A DNA stretch of 60,108 nt from an uncultured Cellvibrionales bacterium (GCA_963933095.1 CAWVSV010000001.1:1-60108), one strand, 5' to 3'. Counted from the stretch's first letter, positions 19,501 through 27,559 are shown. Numbers and translations: made by a program. Notes: a model not told the origin generated them from the letters alone.

Positions 19501-22500
19501 GTCGTCTTTGTTAGGAATTTCAGTGGCAGCAAGCGACAGGGGTGTTACTACTGGCGCCATTTGGTCGTTAACCACAATGTTCAACGTACTGGTCGCGGTA
19601 TCGCCATCAGAATCCGTAAATGTCACTGCGAACGGCAGGGCTAGCTCGGCGTTGTCACTGCCCGCAGTATTGGGCTGATCTAGCGCTCGAGTTAATATTA
19701 CAGTGTAAGAAATGTCGACGCTGGAGGGGTATGGGGGCGCACTATTATGGCTGGGTACAGAGTCGAGTACTACCTGAATCACTTCGCCTTCGGAGCTTGA
19801 ACCGGTGAGTGTTAGGCCATCGGCTGAAATCGTGTAGCTAAGCGTTTCGCCGTTACTGGTAAAGCTTGGCTGACCGCTGGCCTCATTAAACATGATTGCA
19901 TTGAGATAATCCGAGCCGAGTATTACTCTCAGTGTGCCGACTTGCTCTGTGGGGCTTAAATCATCTTCATCGAGTGCCACCTGACTAGTGGTTATGGCGT
20001 TAAGCAACTGACCGTCATTAAAATCGACCTCTACAGTCGCTGGGGCAATAGTTGTGCCATCAGAGTCTGTGGCGGTGACTAAATATACCGGCTTGAGTTG
20101 ATCGCCTGAGCCGTTGTCGTGATCTAATGGGCGATACCAAGTGGTGGTGCCGGTAACGTCTAGATCTTGGCCATTAGTATTTTGATTGTCGCTGATCACA
20201 GTAATAAAAACGTTATCGCCGTTATTAGTCATTGCGGTAATTGTTTTATTGTCGGCGCTGATTGCGTAGCTAAGTGCCTCACCATCACTCGTTAAATTTA
20301 GCGCTGCTAGTAAGCCGATTGTTTCCTGCAGGAATGTTGCCGAGTTTTCGGCTAGATTGTCCGACCCTGCTTCAATGCGGACGGTAGTGGCGGTGGTGCC
20401 CGGCAGGTTGCTAAGTAACTGTTCACTGGTGTTAAGGGCGATGTCGCCTAAGTAGCCTTCATCACCATCGGATATATTAAGCACAACGTCGGCAAAATCT
20501 TCATCACCATCGGCATCTTCGGCAACATAGGTAAACTCAAAGGTTGGGTTATTGCCGGAATGATCTTGATTGCGGGCGGCCGAGAAACTCCAACTGCCAT
20601 CTTGATTGACCGAGAGGGTGCCTTTAGAGGCGTCGATAATAACGGCGGGGCTGCCAAAGGCAACGCTGTATATGGTGCCAAGGTAATCAATGGTTTTTAT
20701 TTCTAAGGGGCCTTCAAGCCGATTGTCATTGTCGAACAGATTTCCAGTGGCATCTCTGTCTTCGGTGACCTGATAGCTATCATCTTCGGCAAATGTTAAA
20801 CCGTCACGCACAATAAAATTCAGGCGCGCTTCGACTACCTCGGCGCTGGTATCCGCAGATACATCGTTTTGTATCGCTTGTATCAGTATGCCGCTGCCGA
20901 TGCTTGCGGTGTTGCCAGCCTGTTCGATACTGCCATAAAGCGTCAGGGTAACGCTGGTGCTGGTGTCCTCAATAACACCCTCAATCACTACAAAACCATC
21001 GATATTGCGAATCAGCTGAATAGTTTTTCCATCGCCAGAAACACTAACGGTGGTGGTAATGTCTGAATTGACGCCATCGCTCGATGTAAGTTTGTCAAAA
21101 GCAGTTTGGCGGCTACTCTCACTAAAAATAAAAGGCGCGGTGTTAATTGCCGAGTCACCACCAATATCGATGCGCAGTTGCGATACTTCGCTATCGGGAG
21201 CGACGGTCAGTGCGCTTTCTGAAAGTATGATTCCAGAGGGGATATCTAATGTGGGGGTGTCGTCGACTGCGGAGTTGCCTGCTTGGTCGCTAACCTCGGC
21301 GTTGAACGTCCAGGCTAATAATGGATTTAGTCCCGAGGGAGCAATCGATGAGGTGGCCCACTCACCACTACTGTCTACGCTGGCTGTGGTTTGAAATTCA
21401 TTGCTGCCATCGGCAAACGTGAGCGTAACAACCTGATTTTCTTCTGCATCAGTTGTGCCACGGAAAATAGTTGGAGTACCAAATTTGATTTTTTCGATGT
21501 CAAGACCGTTGAGGCCGGTATCAATATCGATGTCTAAGACGACATCTTTGAGGGCGTAATTAATAGCATTAGCGGGGTTGTCCGAGGCGTCAGTTACCTC
21601 TGCGCTGACGGATAGAGAGCCGTCATTAAAGGCACTAAGATCGTAACTTGTCGGGGTCTCGTTAAGGCTGCTGTAACTGCCATCAGCTTGTACACTGGCA
21701 GTGAAATTGATGTCTGCAGCACCGCCGCCAGAAATGGTAAGGTTAACCGTTTGACCTGCTTCAACGTCAGTGGTGACACCGCTTATGGACACCTCGGCTA
21801 GCTCACTAACAGAGAGCTTGCCATCGCCATCGAATACTACGGTTATTGCCGCTAAAGTGTCTTTATGGATCACATCGGTGCCGATGGCGGTATTGCCCGC
21901 CACATCGGCGCCGGTAATAGTTACCTCTAAATCTCCATCGTTGAGGCTGGATATGTCGACGCCGTTGAGCGCGGTAATCCACTCTCCAGCGCTGGTATTA
22001 ATGCCACTGCCGGTGGCATTAACGACCGTGGTATTGACAATGACATCAGGATTTATGCCATCGGAAATGGTCACCAGTAACGGCTGGCCGTTTTCTATAT
22101 TGTCGGTGGTGCCCTGCAGTGTAATAGCCGAAGCCACCTCGGCGGCATTAAAAAGTTGATCTTGATCGCCGTCTTGATTGTCAAAGGCGCTGTCACTAAT
22201 GATAGCGATCGGGTCGTAAGCAATGGTCGCACTGGCGCTGGCGGGGTTGCCAGCTTTATCGGTAACATTAATAGTTAGAAATAATGTCTCGCCGCTGGCG
22301 GCTGACAGGTCTATGTCGTTAGCGACCCATAAGCCGCCGCTTTGCACCTGACCAATAGCCTGAATGCTTGTGCTGCCATCGCTGACGCTAATATAAACCG
22401 GCTGGCCGACTTCAATGTCGGTTACCACGCCACGCAGGCTGGCATGCATCGCTTCCAGATAGTTATAAATACTGTCGCTATTGGGGTCGACAAACTCGGC

Positions 22501-23820
22501 AGTGATGGCGGCGGTTTGGTCGAGGGTGCGATTGAGCGTGGCGTCAACCTGTGCACCGGCAAGATTGCTCACCCTAGCGGTAATAGTCAGTGGCCCATCT
22601 GCAAGGCCTGACGTATCTACCTCGTCAGCGCTCCAGGCGTTGTTGCTGGCAATGGTGGTGGCTGTAACGAGCATGCCAAAAGCATCGGTGATAGTGACGG
22701 TAATCTCTTGCCCGTCTTCGACATTAAACAGCGTGCCAAAATACAGTTGCTTGGATGATTCGAACTGGTTGTAAACGCCGTCGTCAAATTGGCCGTCACT
22801 GTCCGGATTTTCAAGGGTAATACGAGGGCTTAAGACCAGCTCAATTTGATTATCAATTTCGGCCGGGTTGCCCGCCCTATCAATGGTTTCGGCGTGAAGC
22901 TGTAACTGCCCCTCGGCTAGGTTGCTAAGGTCGGCGGTAATACTCCAGTTTCCAGTGGCGTCGAGATTGGAGGAGAAGTTTAGGCGTGTGCCAGCACTGT
23001 CGGTAATAGTGATCAGTATCTCGGCGCCGGATTGAACATACTCAAATTGTCCTGATAGTTTTGCAGCAGGAGCTTCAAATAGATCGATGAGAGTGTCGTT
23101 GCCGGTATCAAGAGCAATTTCAATGCCTTCGGCGAGGGTATCTTTAGTGCTGCTGCTGGTACTGGAAACAAAATTTCCGTAGATGTCGCGGGCGGTGGCG
23201 GTAGCGCTAAAAGGGCCTTCGGCTAGCGCAGACAAATTTTCGCTAGGTAGCAACCAAGCATTGTTAAAAGTGTTGCTCTGAGCGCTAAAGGTTTGTCCCT
23301 GACTGTCAGTGAGCAGTATCTCGATGAGCCAACCGTCAGCAAGGTTGGCAGTTATGCCGCTAAAACCAACGCTGAGATTTTCAAATCGGTTAACGTAGCT
23401 GTCTGTTAAATTGGCGTCGTCATCGATAACAATACTAACGCTAGCGTCGGGATCGATTCTACCAACTAACTCGTCAGTATATTGGGTGGAAGAGGTGGCG
23501 GGGGTGTCGGGTAGGCCAAAAGTTTGGAAGCCTGCGCTGGCAAGTGTTTCATCGCCAGTGCGGCCAATAGGACTAAAGATGTTGACCAAAGTGCTGCCGC
23601 TGCTTACTGCACTGGTGCTACTCATGTTGCTAGCCAGCGAGCTGTTACTCAGCAAGTGGCTGGGAAGTTGCACGGCATTATCAGTAGCATGGAAATCTTT
23701 GAGGCTAATAATTTCCACGCTATCAGGGATGATGCCTCCCTGTTGCAGGAGAGTCATTTTGCCGTCGGCAAACAGTTGCCAGATTTGGCCGTCAATCTCT
23801 ATGTAGGTAATGTCTGACAT
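13507..23820 (-). CDS. Giant T1SS-secreted repeat adhesin (3437 aa, LapA/Bap-like RTX adhesin class)
   Basis: A single uninterrupted ORF that is acidic and rich in T, S, D and N. It has an N-terminal beta-rich module, Ig-like repeats, ~145-aa repeats, DxDGSE modules, and a C-terminal T1SS target domain (GTEGDDRYEGGTLADTFTW...DTVIDF...SDALDLTGLL). It lies directly upstream of the ABC/MFP/OMF genes. Confidence 0.9.
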   Translation of the reverse strand: MSDITYIEIDGQIWQLFADGKMTLLQQGGIIPDSVEIISLKDFHATDNAVQLPSHLLSNSSLASNMSSTSAVSSGSTLVNIFSPIGRTGDETLASAGFQTFGLPDTPATSSTQYTDELVGRIDPDASVSIVIDDDANLTDSYVNRFENLSVGFSGITANLADGWLIEILLTDSQGQTFSAQSNTFNNAWLLPSENLSALAEGPFSATATARDIYGNFVSSTSSSTKDTLAEGIEIALDTGNDTLIDLFEAPAAKLSGQFEYVQSGAEILITITDSAGTRLNFSSNLDATGNWSITADLSNLAEGQLQLHAETIDRAGNPAEIDNQIELVLSPRITLENPDSDGQFDDGVYNQFESSKQLYFGTLFNVEDGQEITVTITDAFGMLVTATTIASNNAWSADEVDTSGLADGPLTITARVSNLAGAQVDATLNRTLDQTAAITAEFVDPNSDSIYNYLEAMHASLRGVVTDIEVGQPVYISVSDGSTSIQAIGQVQSGGLWVANDIDLSAASGETLFLTINVTDKAGNPASASATIAYDPIAIISDSAFDNQDGDQDQLFNAAEVASAITLQGTTDNIENGQPLLVTISDGINPDVIVNTTVVNATGSGINTSAGEWITALNGVDISSLNDGDLEVTITGADVAGNTAIGTDVIHKDTLAAITVVFDGDGKLSVSELAEVSISGVTTDVEAGQTVNLTISGGGAADINFTASVQADGSYSSLNETPTSYDLSAFNDGSLSVSAEVTDASDNPANAINYALKDVVLDIDIDTGLNGLDIEKIKFGTPTIFRGTTDAEENQVVTLTFADGSNEFQTTASVDSSGEWATSSIAPSGLNPLLAWTFNAEVSDQAGNSAVDDTPTLDIPSGIILSESALTVAPDSEVSQLRIDIGGDSAINTAPFIFSESSRQTAFDKLTSSDGVNSDITTTVSVSGDGKTIQLIRNIDGFVVIEGVIEDTSTSVTLTLYGSIEQAGNTASIGSGILIQAIQNDVSADTSAEVVEARLNFIVRDGLTFAEDDSYQVTEDRDATGNLFDNDNRLEGPLEIKTIDYLGTIYSVAFGSPAVIIDASKGTLSVNQDGSWSFSAARNQDHSGNNPTFEFTYVAEDADGDEDFADVVLNISDGDEGYLGDIALNTSEQLLSNLPGTTATTVRIEAGSDNLAENSATFLQETIGLLAALNLTSDGEALSYAISADNKTITAMTNNGDNVFITVISDNQNTNGQDLDVTGTTTWYRPLDHDNGSGDQLKPVYLVTATDSDGTTIAPATVEVDFNDGQLLNAITTSQVALDEDDLSPTEQVGTLRVILGSDYLNAIMFNEASGQPSFTSNGETLSYTISADGLTLTGSSSEGEVIQVVLDSVPSHNSAPPYPSSVDISYTVILTRALDQPNTAGSDNAELALPFAVTFTDSDGDTATSTLNIVVNDQMAPVVTPLSLAATEIPNKDDSNLSEHDEGVISITAGGDKIVSLQYGVVDGSAVKDTSGNFITSNGVALLWRSNGDGTLDAVLNSSSGSKAGGGAMFTVTVPDSINVSAGGSTSIKVELDILGPIDHITNITDTAAIDLALNFIDSDGTASTATVSLNIDDGHDFVLYTPAALSVNEADLATGTSFASGKIFGAKGSDELTAINLALNTTGLTTSEGVAVTLSQSSDFLWTGMAGAIKVFEITADTTGNFNFELFESITHPDPAASIDTNIKQLDFSVYASDADSDDSNTVQWLIDITDDVPLEPIYDSNNTLVIEEYSTNSGNLLSGNNLITDGNFGEDSGRIISVNYKSTDYAIPDGGSIDITLSEGTLLNYGTLSLQSNGNYTFVTDRVFNLLDTDFSDHLLFDMVDLDNDTIKNVRFNFDVKDSIGSIYVTPRTTDEDIPFTVALTGNAGDIDNGEEIQLFTFDNVQLFGASLTLNHPVLGLIDLPLDSNGNPFLEYINGDPNSLLKLTGSGVPGEMTANGDLIFTPALNSSNQTVNVQLDITMTVGSFTGPYDVDDTFNIKVNSVADAPQWDAAGIYTFNIQEDASNEALTPTEATLFDTDTSETLSYRIENINAGIALTNGDQTILDGTVLTTSQFAGLQVSVNANLSGSFNFTAVAISTETENKDTAEIPQIFTVEVSGEADMPSLLVRNIHGTEDVPIEIKNAIEGLLADLDGSETLWFEITLPSGWAIENAQVIDEGGGVYRVSEADILAGATFNPKEDLSETTEVPSISVRAISVEATESGVAPTAGLEEAFSPSKSFTIKLKGVADDPDIGPGGNNNWTYVADNPGHIVANVDFDEDSLIALDFTAGTEDDDGSEAVSLLLSGVPAGSEFFNNAGSEIYLPVFDASAANNPVYSVTQAQLADLLFQPPQDFSGAVELTLVQINTEPDGDRAEFDLRIDFNVAPIIDTKDNQSLGANGIEDQAKPINLMPTRGDLDGSESITELTILPGFSGVLYLDGSELLVPASGLKLSTLAGGDLTALLTSDRITFQAPVDQHGFFSFDISYEVTDTNGSLSPDNVKTFNGKVDINVVARVEQNEPTTEDDTRIETSTATLNSSGGNPIDLTGQVGFFEADMDGSERLDYVLLKMPDALSWFVESTDGRQVLHDGYGNWLLPAPSTSATLMEQNLSLFDNILIHSRNVFTGILEVEARVLDGTDNAPVDDADVITAEINVAFSDPGAMTIAFDPNTLEASIADGDEDEVITLSEHINIGLRNIGDDSGTDQISFRVTPADLSSAGIAGAWLSGTGMQVHYALDGTSVIAWVFDESALTNLKIHQRDDQDFAGDISLPIMVIATDPSGDTITKNQTMSIDVLPVVDPLLSIDSNIGQEDQLFNLTFDLALGDADTEPTRGVETITQLVFSNLGGATLFDPFGHLVEAPTGTFTLSDPSKLALVFFRPPQHVDGSVSLDAAITITDITTGGSTQSNLATAVKNVVLDFELEPITDSAELCVVDSTGDEDSLISFESGFCANLIDQDGSETISVQISGVPEGAIMFAGGEALPDNGPDGGSVLDGDLSGAATYSFTVTQAQIDSLQIQPPEDFSGDLKLTLKAITNEKGTADFVTTTADFIVAVYPIADGIQILNADPSASGDEGSAITINLDAETQEVANPNETVEITVTALASSDSTALEKLNRIIADGVQSRFKDNGDGTYTAAVITNAATLASFDLLTGNLAWGQLDLQIAISSYDSNTVLGTITDNISTPEIVLLSVDIAPLPDAGMVVSRFDGLISSDGLSIPMDLSLDISNTNSHPDEIHELVIHGLPSGFNFNFGAREGGRWVVSEADIPNLELLTATNTKDFSLTLEGRSTLNDDSVTGTSINMDIKIQAAGENTLVGTEGDDRYEGGTLADTFTWSAGDQGNILFPAKDTVIDFNSSGGSYSDTESDALDLTGLLAGLSITNGTTASTVIDVTDNGANTEFSIRPDGAIGNTQKITLEGLNMSDLVANYSDESDFLQQLINNNLLVTG
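13510..13920 (-). other. C-terminal type I secretion target domain of the adhesin (aa 3301-3437)
   Basis: One degenerate RTX-like nonapeptide pair (GTEGDDRYEGGTLADTF) is followed by W...GDQG......DTVIDF...G....SDALDLTGLL. This is the pattern of the T1SS C-terminal target domain found on giant adhesins. There is no Cys. Confidence 0.75.
13921..17853 (-). repeat. About 9 modules of 115-150 aa carrying a D-x-D-G-S-E motif, adhesin aa ~1990-3300
   Basis: Recurring motifs are DTDTSETLSY, ADLDGSETLWF, EDDDGSEAVSL, GDLDGSESITEL, ADMDGSERLDY and IDQDGSETISV. Each is preceded by a V.AD.P-type junction (SVADAPQW, GEADMPSL, GVADDPDI, YPIADGIQ). Each is followed by L.F.PP.DFSG...L.L (LLFQPPQDFSGAVELTLV, LQIQPPEDFSGDLKLTLK). 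Confidence 0.6.
18655..21234 (-). repeat. About five 140-160-aa repeats (first unit longer), resembling the T1SS-143 / VCBS-type repeat, adhesin aa 863-1722
   Basis: The units end in recurring motifs: EDADGDEDFADVVLNISDGDEG, TDSDGTTIAPATVEVDFNDGQ, TDSDGDTATSTLNIVVNDQ, IDSDGTASTATVSLNIDDGHD and SDADSDDSNTVQWLIDITDDVP. An internal motif S(D/N)GE(A/T)LSY.ISAD also recurs. Confidence 0.6.
21235..23439 (-). repeat. Seven divergent Ig-like (bacterial Big-type) repeats of about 100 aa, adhesin aa 128-862
   Basis: Each unit repeats ...G(Q/E).(I/V).(I/V)T(I/V)(T/S)D..G......(G/N).W......S.L.(D/E)G.L...A...D.AGN.A. Examples are TITDSAGTRL..TGNWSITADLSNLAEGQLQLHAETIDRAGNPA and LEVTITGADVAGNTA. Boundaries are approximate. 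Confidence 0.7.
23440..23820 (-). other. Adhesin N-terminal module (aa 1-127), possible periplasmic retention or plug domain
   Basis: MSDITYIEIDGQIWQLFADGKMTLLQQGGIIPDSVEIISL has the alternating beta pattern seen at the N-termini of LapA-like adhesins. It is followed by an S-rich linker and the motif TLASAGFQTFGLP. Confidence 0.4.
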
Positions 23821-24037
23821 GGCCCTAAATTTCCGTTGTTGATGCCAATGAACCGAGAGTTATCGTTGTCTTTATTATCCATCAGCTCGGTTATTCAATT
23901 ATTAGTATTATCGTGGGTGCTAGGTGTTTATTGTCCCTCAATAAACATGTGCATTCCACTGAATGGTTGCTCTTGTGCTAACGGCGTTGGAGTTATGCTA
24001 AACTAGCAGCCAATTTTAAGCTTAGAGCACGTCTTTC

Positions 24038-24502
24038 ATGCACTGCCCCTTCTGCAGCACTGATGAAACTAAAGTCATAGATTCGCGTCTGGTTGCCGAG
24101 GGCGAGCAGGTGCGGCGTCGGCGTCAGTGTACTGTGTGCAATGAGCGCTTTACCACCTATGAAATGGCCGAGCTGTTGATGCCCGCGTTGATTAAGCAAG
24201 ATGGTACCCGCGAGCCCTTTAACGAGGAAAAGTTACGTGCCGGTTTGACCCGTTCGCTGGAAAAACGCCCGGTAAGCCTTGATAAAATTGAAGCGGCAAT
24301 TGCTCACATTAAGCGCAAGCTTCAAGCCACTGGTGAGCGCGAAGTGAAATCGCTGCTGGTAGGCGAGACCGTGATGGAGCAGCTGCGCCTGCTTGACGAG
24401 GTCGCCTATGTGCGTTTTGCCTCTGTATATCGCAGTTTTCAGGATCTCGACGAATTCAGGGCAGAGATTGATAAACTTGAACGCAAGCCAGAAATTTCAT
24501 AG
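24038..24502 (+). CDS. nrdR: Transcriptional repressor NrdR
   Basis: 154 aa. [42 protein letters not shown] is the Zn ribbon, followed by an ATP-cone. Confidence 0.95.
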   Translation: MHCPFCSTDETKVIDSRLVAEGEQVRRRRQCTVCNERFTTYEMAELLMPALIKQDGTREPFNEEKLRAGLTRSLEKRPVSLDKIEAAIAHIKRKLQATGEREVKSLLVGETVMEQLRLLDEVAYVRFASVYRSFQDLDEFRAEIDKLERKPEIS

Positions 24503-24512
24503 GGAGCAGTTG

Positions 24513-25655
24513 ATGTTTACGTTACCCAGAGCCAGTGACAACCAGTATATGGCTCGTGCCTTGCGCTTGGCCGAACGAGGCTTATACACCACTATGCCGA
24601 ATCCTCGGGTGGGATGCGTGTTGGTCAAAGACGATAAAGTAGTCGGTGCAAGCTGGCACGCGCGCGCAGGTGAGGGTCATGCTGAAGTGAATGCTCTAGC
24701 CGCTGCCGGCACTGACGCTAAGGGCGCCACCGCCTATGTGACCTTGGAGCCCTGCAGCCATACCGGTAAAACTGGCCCCTGCGCGCAGGCGTTAATCGAT
24801 GCTGGTGTTGTGCGGGTAGTTTACGGCATGGAAGACCCCAATCCGTTAGTGGCAGGTCGCGGTTTGGACTTGCTTGATGCGGCCGGTTTGGAAGTTTCTG
24901 GTGCGTTAATGGAGGAATCTGCCCGCGCCTTAAATCGCGGATTTATTCATCGCATGCATTGCGGCTTGCCGCGCGTCACCAGCAAATCGGCTATGAGTTT
25001 AGATGGCCGCACGGCTATGGCTTCGGGTGAAAGTAAGTGGATTACCAACCCTAAAGCGCGCGCTGATGTACAGCGCTTGCGCGCCCGCAGTTGTGCTCTG
25101 ATTACCGGTGTTGATACCATCTTGTTTGACCATCCGCAGTACACAGTCCGTGCAGCGGAGCTGGGTTTAGAGGCAGAAGAAGCCAAGCTTGCCGCTGCTA
25201 AACAGCCGTTGCGAGTCATTGTTGATTCCAATCTGCGCCTGCCGAAAAAATCCTTGATTTTGCAGGGCGGAGGTCCAATTTTGTTGGTGCATAATAATGC
25301 CGATATGACTTTGTGCGAGGGGTGGCCCGATCGGGTGGAGCTCTTATCGCTGCCAGGCAAGGGTCAGCACGAGGGTCGAGTTGATTTGCTCGCCCTGCTT
25401 AAAGCGCTGGCTAAACGCGAGTGTAATGAAGTGTTGTTGGAAGCGGGTGCTACCTTAAGTGGTGGCTTTATGCGCCGTGGGCTAGTCGATGAACTGGTCG
25501 TATATTTAGCGGCGACGCTAATGGGGAGCTCTGCGAGGCCTTTATTTGAATTACCGCTGGATACTATGGCGGGCAAGTTAGAGTTGAAAATTACCGATGT
25601 CAGAGCCGTGGGCGACGACTGGAAAATCACCGCTGTGCCCGATAAGGAGGCATAA
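24513..25655 (+). CDS. ribD: Bifunctional diaminohydroxyphosphoribosylaminopyrimidine deaminase / 5-amino-6-(5-phosphoribosylamino)uracil reductase
   Basis: The ORF track start (24393) overlaps nrdR. The ATG at 24513 is preceded by AGGGAG. The deaminase motifs are HAEVNAL and PCSHTGKTGPC. A reductase domain follows. Confidence 0.95.
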   Translation: MFTLPRASDNQYMARALRLAERGLYTTMPNPRVGCVLVKDDKVVGASWHARAGEGHAEVNALAAAGTDAKGATAYVTLEPCSHTGKTGPCAQALIDAGVVRVVYGMEDPNPLVAGRGLDLLDAAGLEVSGALMEESARALNRGFIHRMHCGLPRVTSKSAMSLDGRTAMASGESKWITNPKARADVQRLRARSCALITGVDTILFDHPQYTVRAAELGLEAEEAKLAAAKQPLRVIVDSNLRLPKKSLILQGGGPILLVHNNADMTLCEGWPDRVELLSLPGKGQHEGRVDLLALLKALAKRECNEVLLEAGATLSGGFMRRGLVDELVVYLAATLMGSSARPLFELPLDTMAGKLELKITDVRAVGDDWKITAVPDKEA

Positions 25656-25658
25656 AAA

Positions 25659-26315
25659 ATGTTTACTGGAATTATTGAAGCCGTTGGCACTTTAGTGGCT
25701 GTCGAACCTAAGAATGGCGACTTGCGACTGCGCATAAAAACTAATGATTTGGATTTACTGGATGTGCATCTAGGCGACTCTATTGCCACTAATGGTGTCT
25801 GTTTAACGGTGGTTAATCTGCCGGGCGACGGCTACTGGGCGGATGTATCGGTGGAAACTTTAGACAACACTACTCTGCGCGACTGGAAGATTGGCATGCG
25901 CATCAACTTAGAAAAAGCGCTGACGCCGCAGACGCGCCTCGGCGGTCATATGGTCTCGGGCCATGTCGATGGTGTCGGCGAAGTGATGTCCCGCTCTAAA
26001 GATGCTCGCTCTGAGCGTTTTCGTATTCGCGCGCCTGAAGCGTTGGCCAAGTATATTGCGCACAAAGGTTCAATCACTATCGATGGCACAAGCCTGACGG
26101 TTAATATTATCGATGGTGCCGAGTTTGAATTGAATATTGTGCCTCACACTATTGCCCACACCGTAATGGGTGGCTATTCATCGGGCTCAAAGGTGAATCT
26201 GGAGGTAGATTTAATTGCCCGCTATCTCGAACGTCTACTCTTGGGAGATAAGGCGGCGGAGCCCACTAAATCAGGCATGACTTTAGAGTTTTTAGCCGAA
26301 CATGGGTTTGGTTAG
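25659..26315 (+). CDS. ribE: Riboflavin synthase (alpha chain)
   Basis: 218 aa. It starts MFTGIIEAVG and has duplicated lumazine-binding repeats (GDSIATNGVCLTV and GSITIDGTSLTV). Confidence 0.95.
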   Translation: MFTGIIEAVGTLVAVEPKNGDLRLRIKTNDLDLLDVHLGDSIATNGVCLTVVNLPGDGYWADVSVETLDNTTLRDWKIGMRINLEKALTPQTRLGGHMVSGHVDGVGEVMSRSKDARSERFRIRAPEALAKYIAHKGSITIDGTSLTVNIIDGAEFELNIVPHTIAHTVMGGYSSGSKVNLEVDLIARYLERLLLGDKAAEPTKSGMTLEFLAEHGFG

Positions 26316-26431
26316 TTTAAAATACAGTTGATTACCTAGATTGAGCTGAGCACCAGAGAAAAGCTTATCGTTGGTGTCGTCGTTAAAGAATGCTAGGGGC
26401 TTACCTTGGCGTGTCGGAATGAGAGATAAGG

Positions 26432-27559
26432 TTGATGACCGAGATGAAGCTGAACACCGTCGAAGAGCTAATTGATGACATCCGTCAGGGCAAAATGGTT
26501 GTGCTGATGGATGACGAAGATCGCGAGAATGAAGGTGATCTGATTATGGCAGCCGAGCAGGTGCGCCCAGAAGATATTAACTTCATGGCCACCCACGCTC
26601 GCGGCTTAATCTGCCTGACCTTGAGCGAGGAGCGCTGCAAGCTGTTGGAGCTGCCGCTGATGGTGTCCGACAATAATGCCGCTCACTCAACTAACTTTAC
26701 TGTCTCTATCGAAGCGGCTGAGGGTGTGACCACTGGTATTAGTGCCGCTGACCGCGCGCGCACTATTCGCGCTGCCGTTGGGCGCGATGTTCAGGCGCAT
26801 GATATCGTTCAGCCAGGCCACATTTTTCCGCTGATGGCGCAGCCCGGCGGTGTTTTGAGCCGGGCTGGTCACACTGAAGCTGGCTGCGACTTGGCGCGCC
26901 TAGCGGGCTTTGATGCGTCGGCTGCGATTGTTGAAATTATGAACGAAGACGGTACCATGGCGCGCCGTCCTGACTTAGAAATTTTTGCTCGTGAACACGA
27001 TCTAAAAATTGGCACCATCGCCGATATGATTCACTATCGCTCGGTTAAAGAGAAAACCGTGGTGTGTATCAATCAGCGCAGCGTTGAGACCGAATTCGGT
27101 CCATTTGAGCTGCGCACCTATCGCGATGAAGCCCGTGGTGGGCTGCATTTTGTGATCAGCCGCGGTATTGTCAAGAGCGATGATGCCACGCTGGTGCGTG
27201 TGCATGTGCTCGACAGTGCTCGTGATTTACTAGCGCTTGAACGCCCTGAATCTGCCGGGGGCAAGTCTTGGACTTACCGCAGCGCGTTAAAAAAGGTCAA
27301 TGAAGAGGGCGCCGGTATAGTAGTGCTGATTTGCCATGGTCAGAGCAGCACCGAAATTGAAGAGAGTGTCGACTGGATGCTGAGCGGTAAAAAGAAGCGC
27401 CCATGCCAAGACTCAGTGTACAAACAAGTCGGTACTGGCTCCCAGATTCTTAAGGATCTGGGTGTTAAAAAGATGAAACTGATGTCGGCGCCAATGAAAT
27501 TTTCGGCGTTATCGGGTTTTGATCTGGAAGTGGTCGAACACGTTATTTGCGAAGATTGA
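26432..27559 (+). CDS. ribB: 3,4-dihydroxy-2-butanone-4-phosphate synthase fused to a degenerate GTP cyclohydrolase II-like domain (RibBX-type)
   Basis: The DHBP synthase domain contains [16 protein letters not shown] and [13 protein letters not shown]. The C-terminal domain aligns with GCH-II but lacks the Cys triad. The track start is TTG at 26432; an ATG at 26435 is equally possible. Confidence 0.9.
   Translation: MMTEMKLNTVEELIDDIRQGKMVVLMDDEDRENEGDLIMAAEQVRPEDINFMATHARGLICLTLSEERCKLLELPLMVSDNNAAHSTNFTVSIEAAEGVTTGISAADRARTIRAAVGRDVQAHDIVQPGHIFPLMAQPGGVLSRAGHTEAGCDLARLAGFDASAAIVEIMNEDGTMARRPDLEIFAREHDLKIGTIADMIHYRSVKEKTVVCINQRSVETEFGPFELRTYRDEARGGLHFVISRGIVKSDDATLVRVHVLDSARDLLALERPESAGGKSWTYRSALKKVNEEGAGIVVLICHGQSSTEIEESVDWMLSGKKKRPCQDSVYKQVGTGSQILKDLGVKKMKLMSAPMKFSALSGFDLEVVEHVICED

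Noticed and set aside
23524-23580. A LapG-type di-alanine cleavage site in the adhesin N-terminus
   Set aside because: The only candidate is L-A-S-A-G (aa 92-96), which does not match the (T/A/P)AA(G/V) consensus. No LapG gene is in the window. This is reported only as an absence.
13940-23817. More than 30 ORFs of 60-186 aa within the adhesin coding span. Most are on the plus strand (for example 19118-19678, 21770-22159, 23411-23806). A few are in alternative minus-strand frames.
   Set aside because: All lie inside the 10.3-kb adhesin ORF. Their products are low-complexity S/P/A/L/V-rich strings typical of out-of-frame or antisense translation of a T/S/D/G-rich gene. None has a start context or a recognisable motif.
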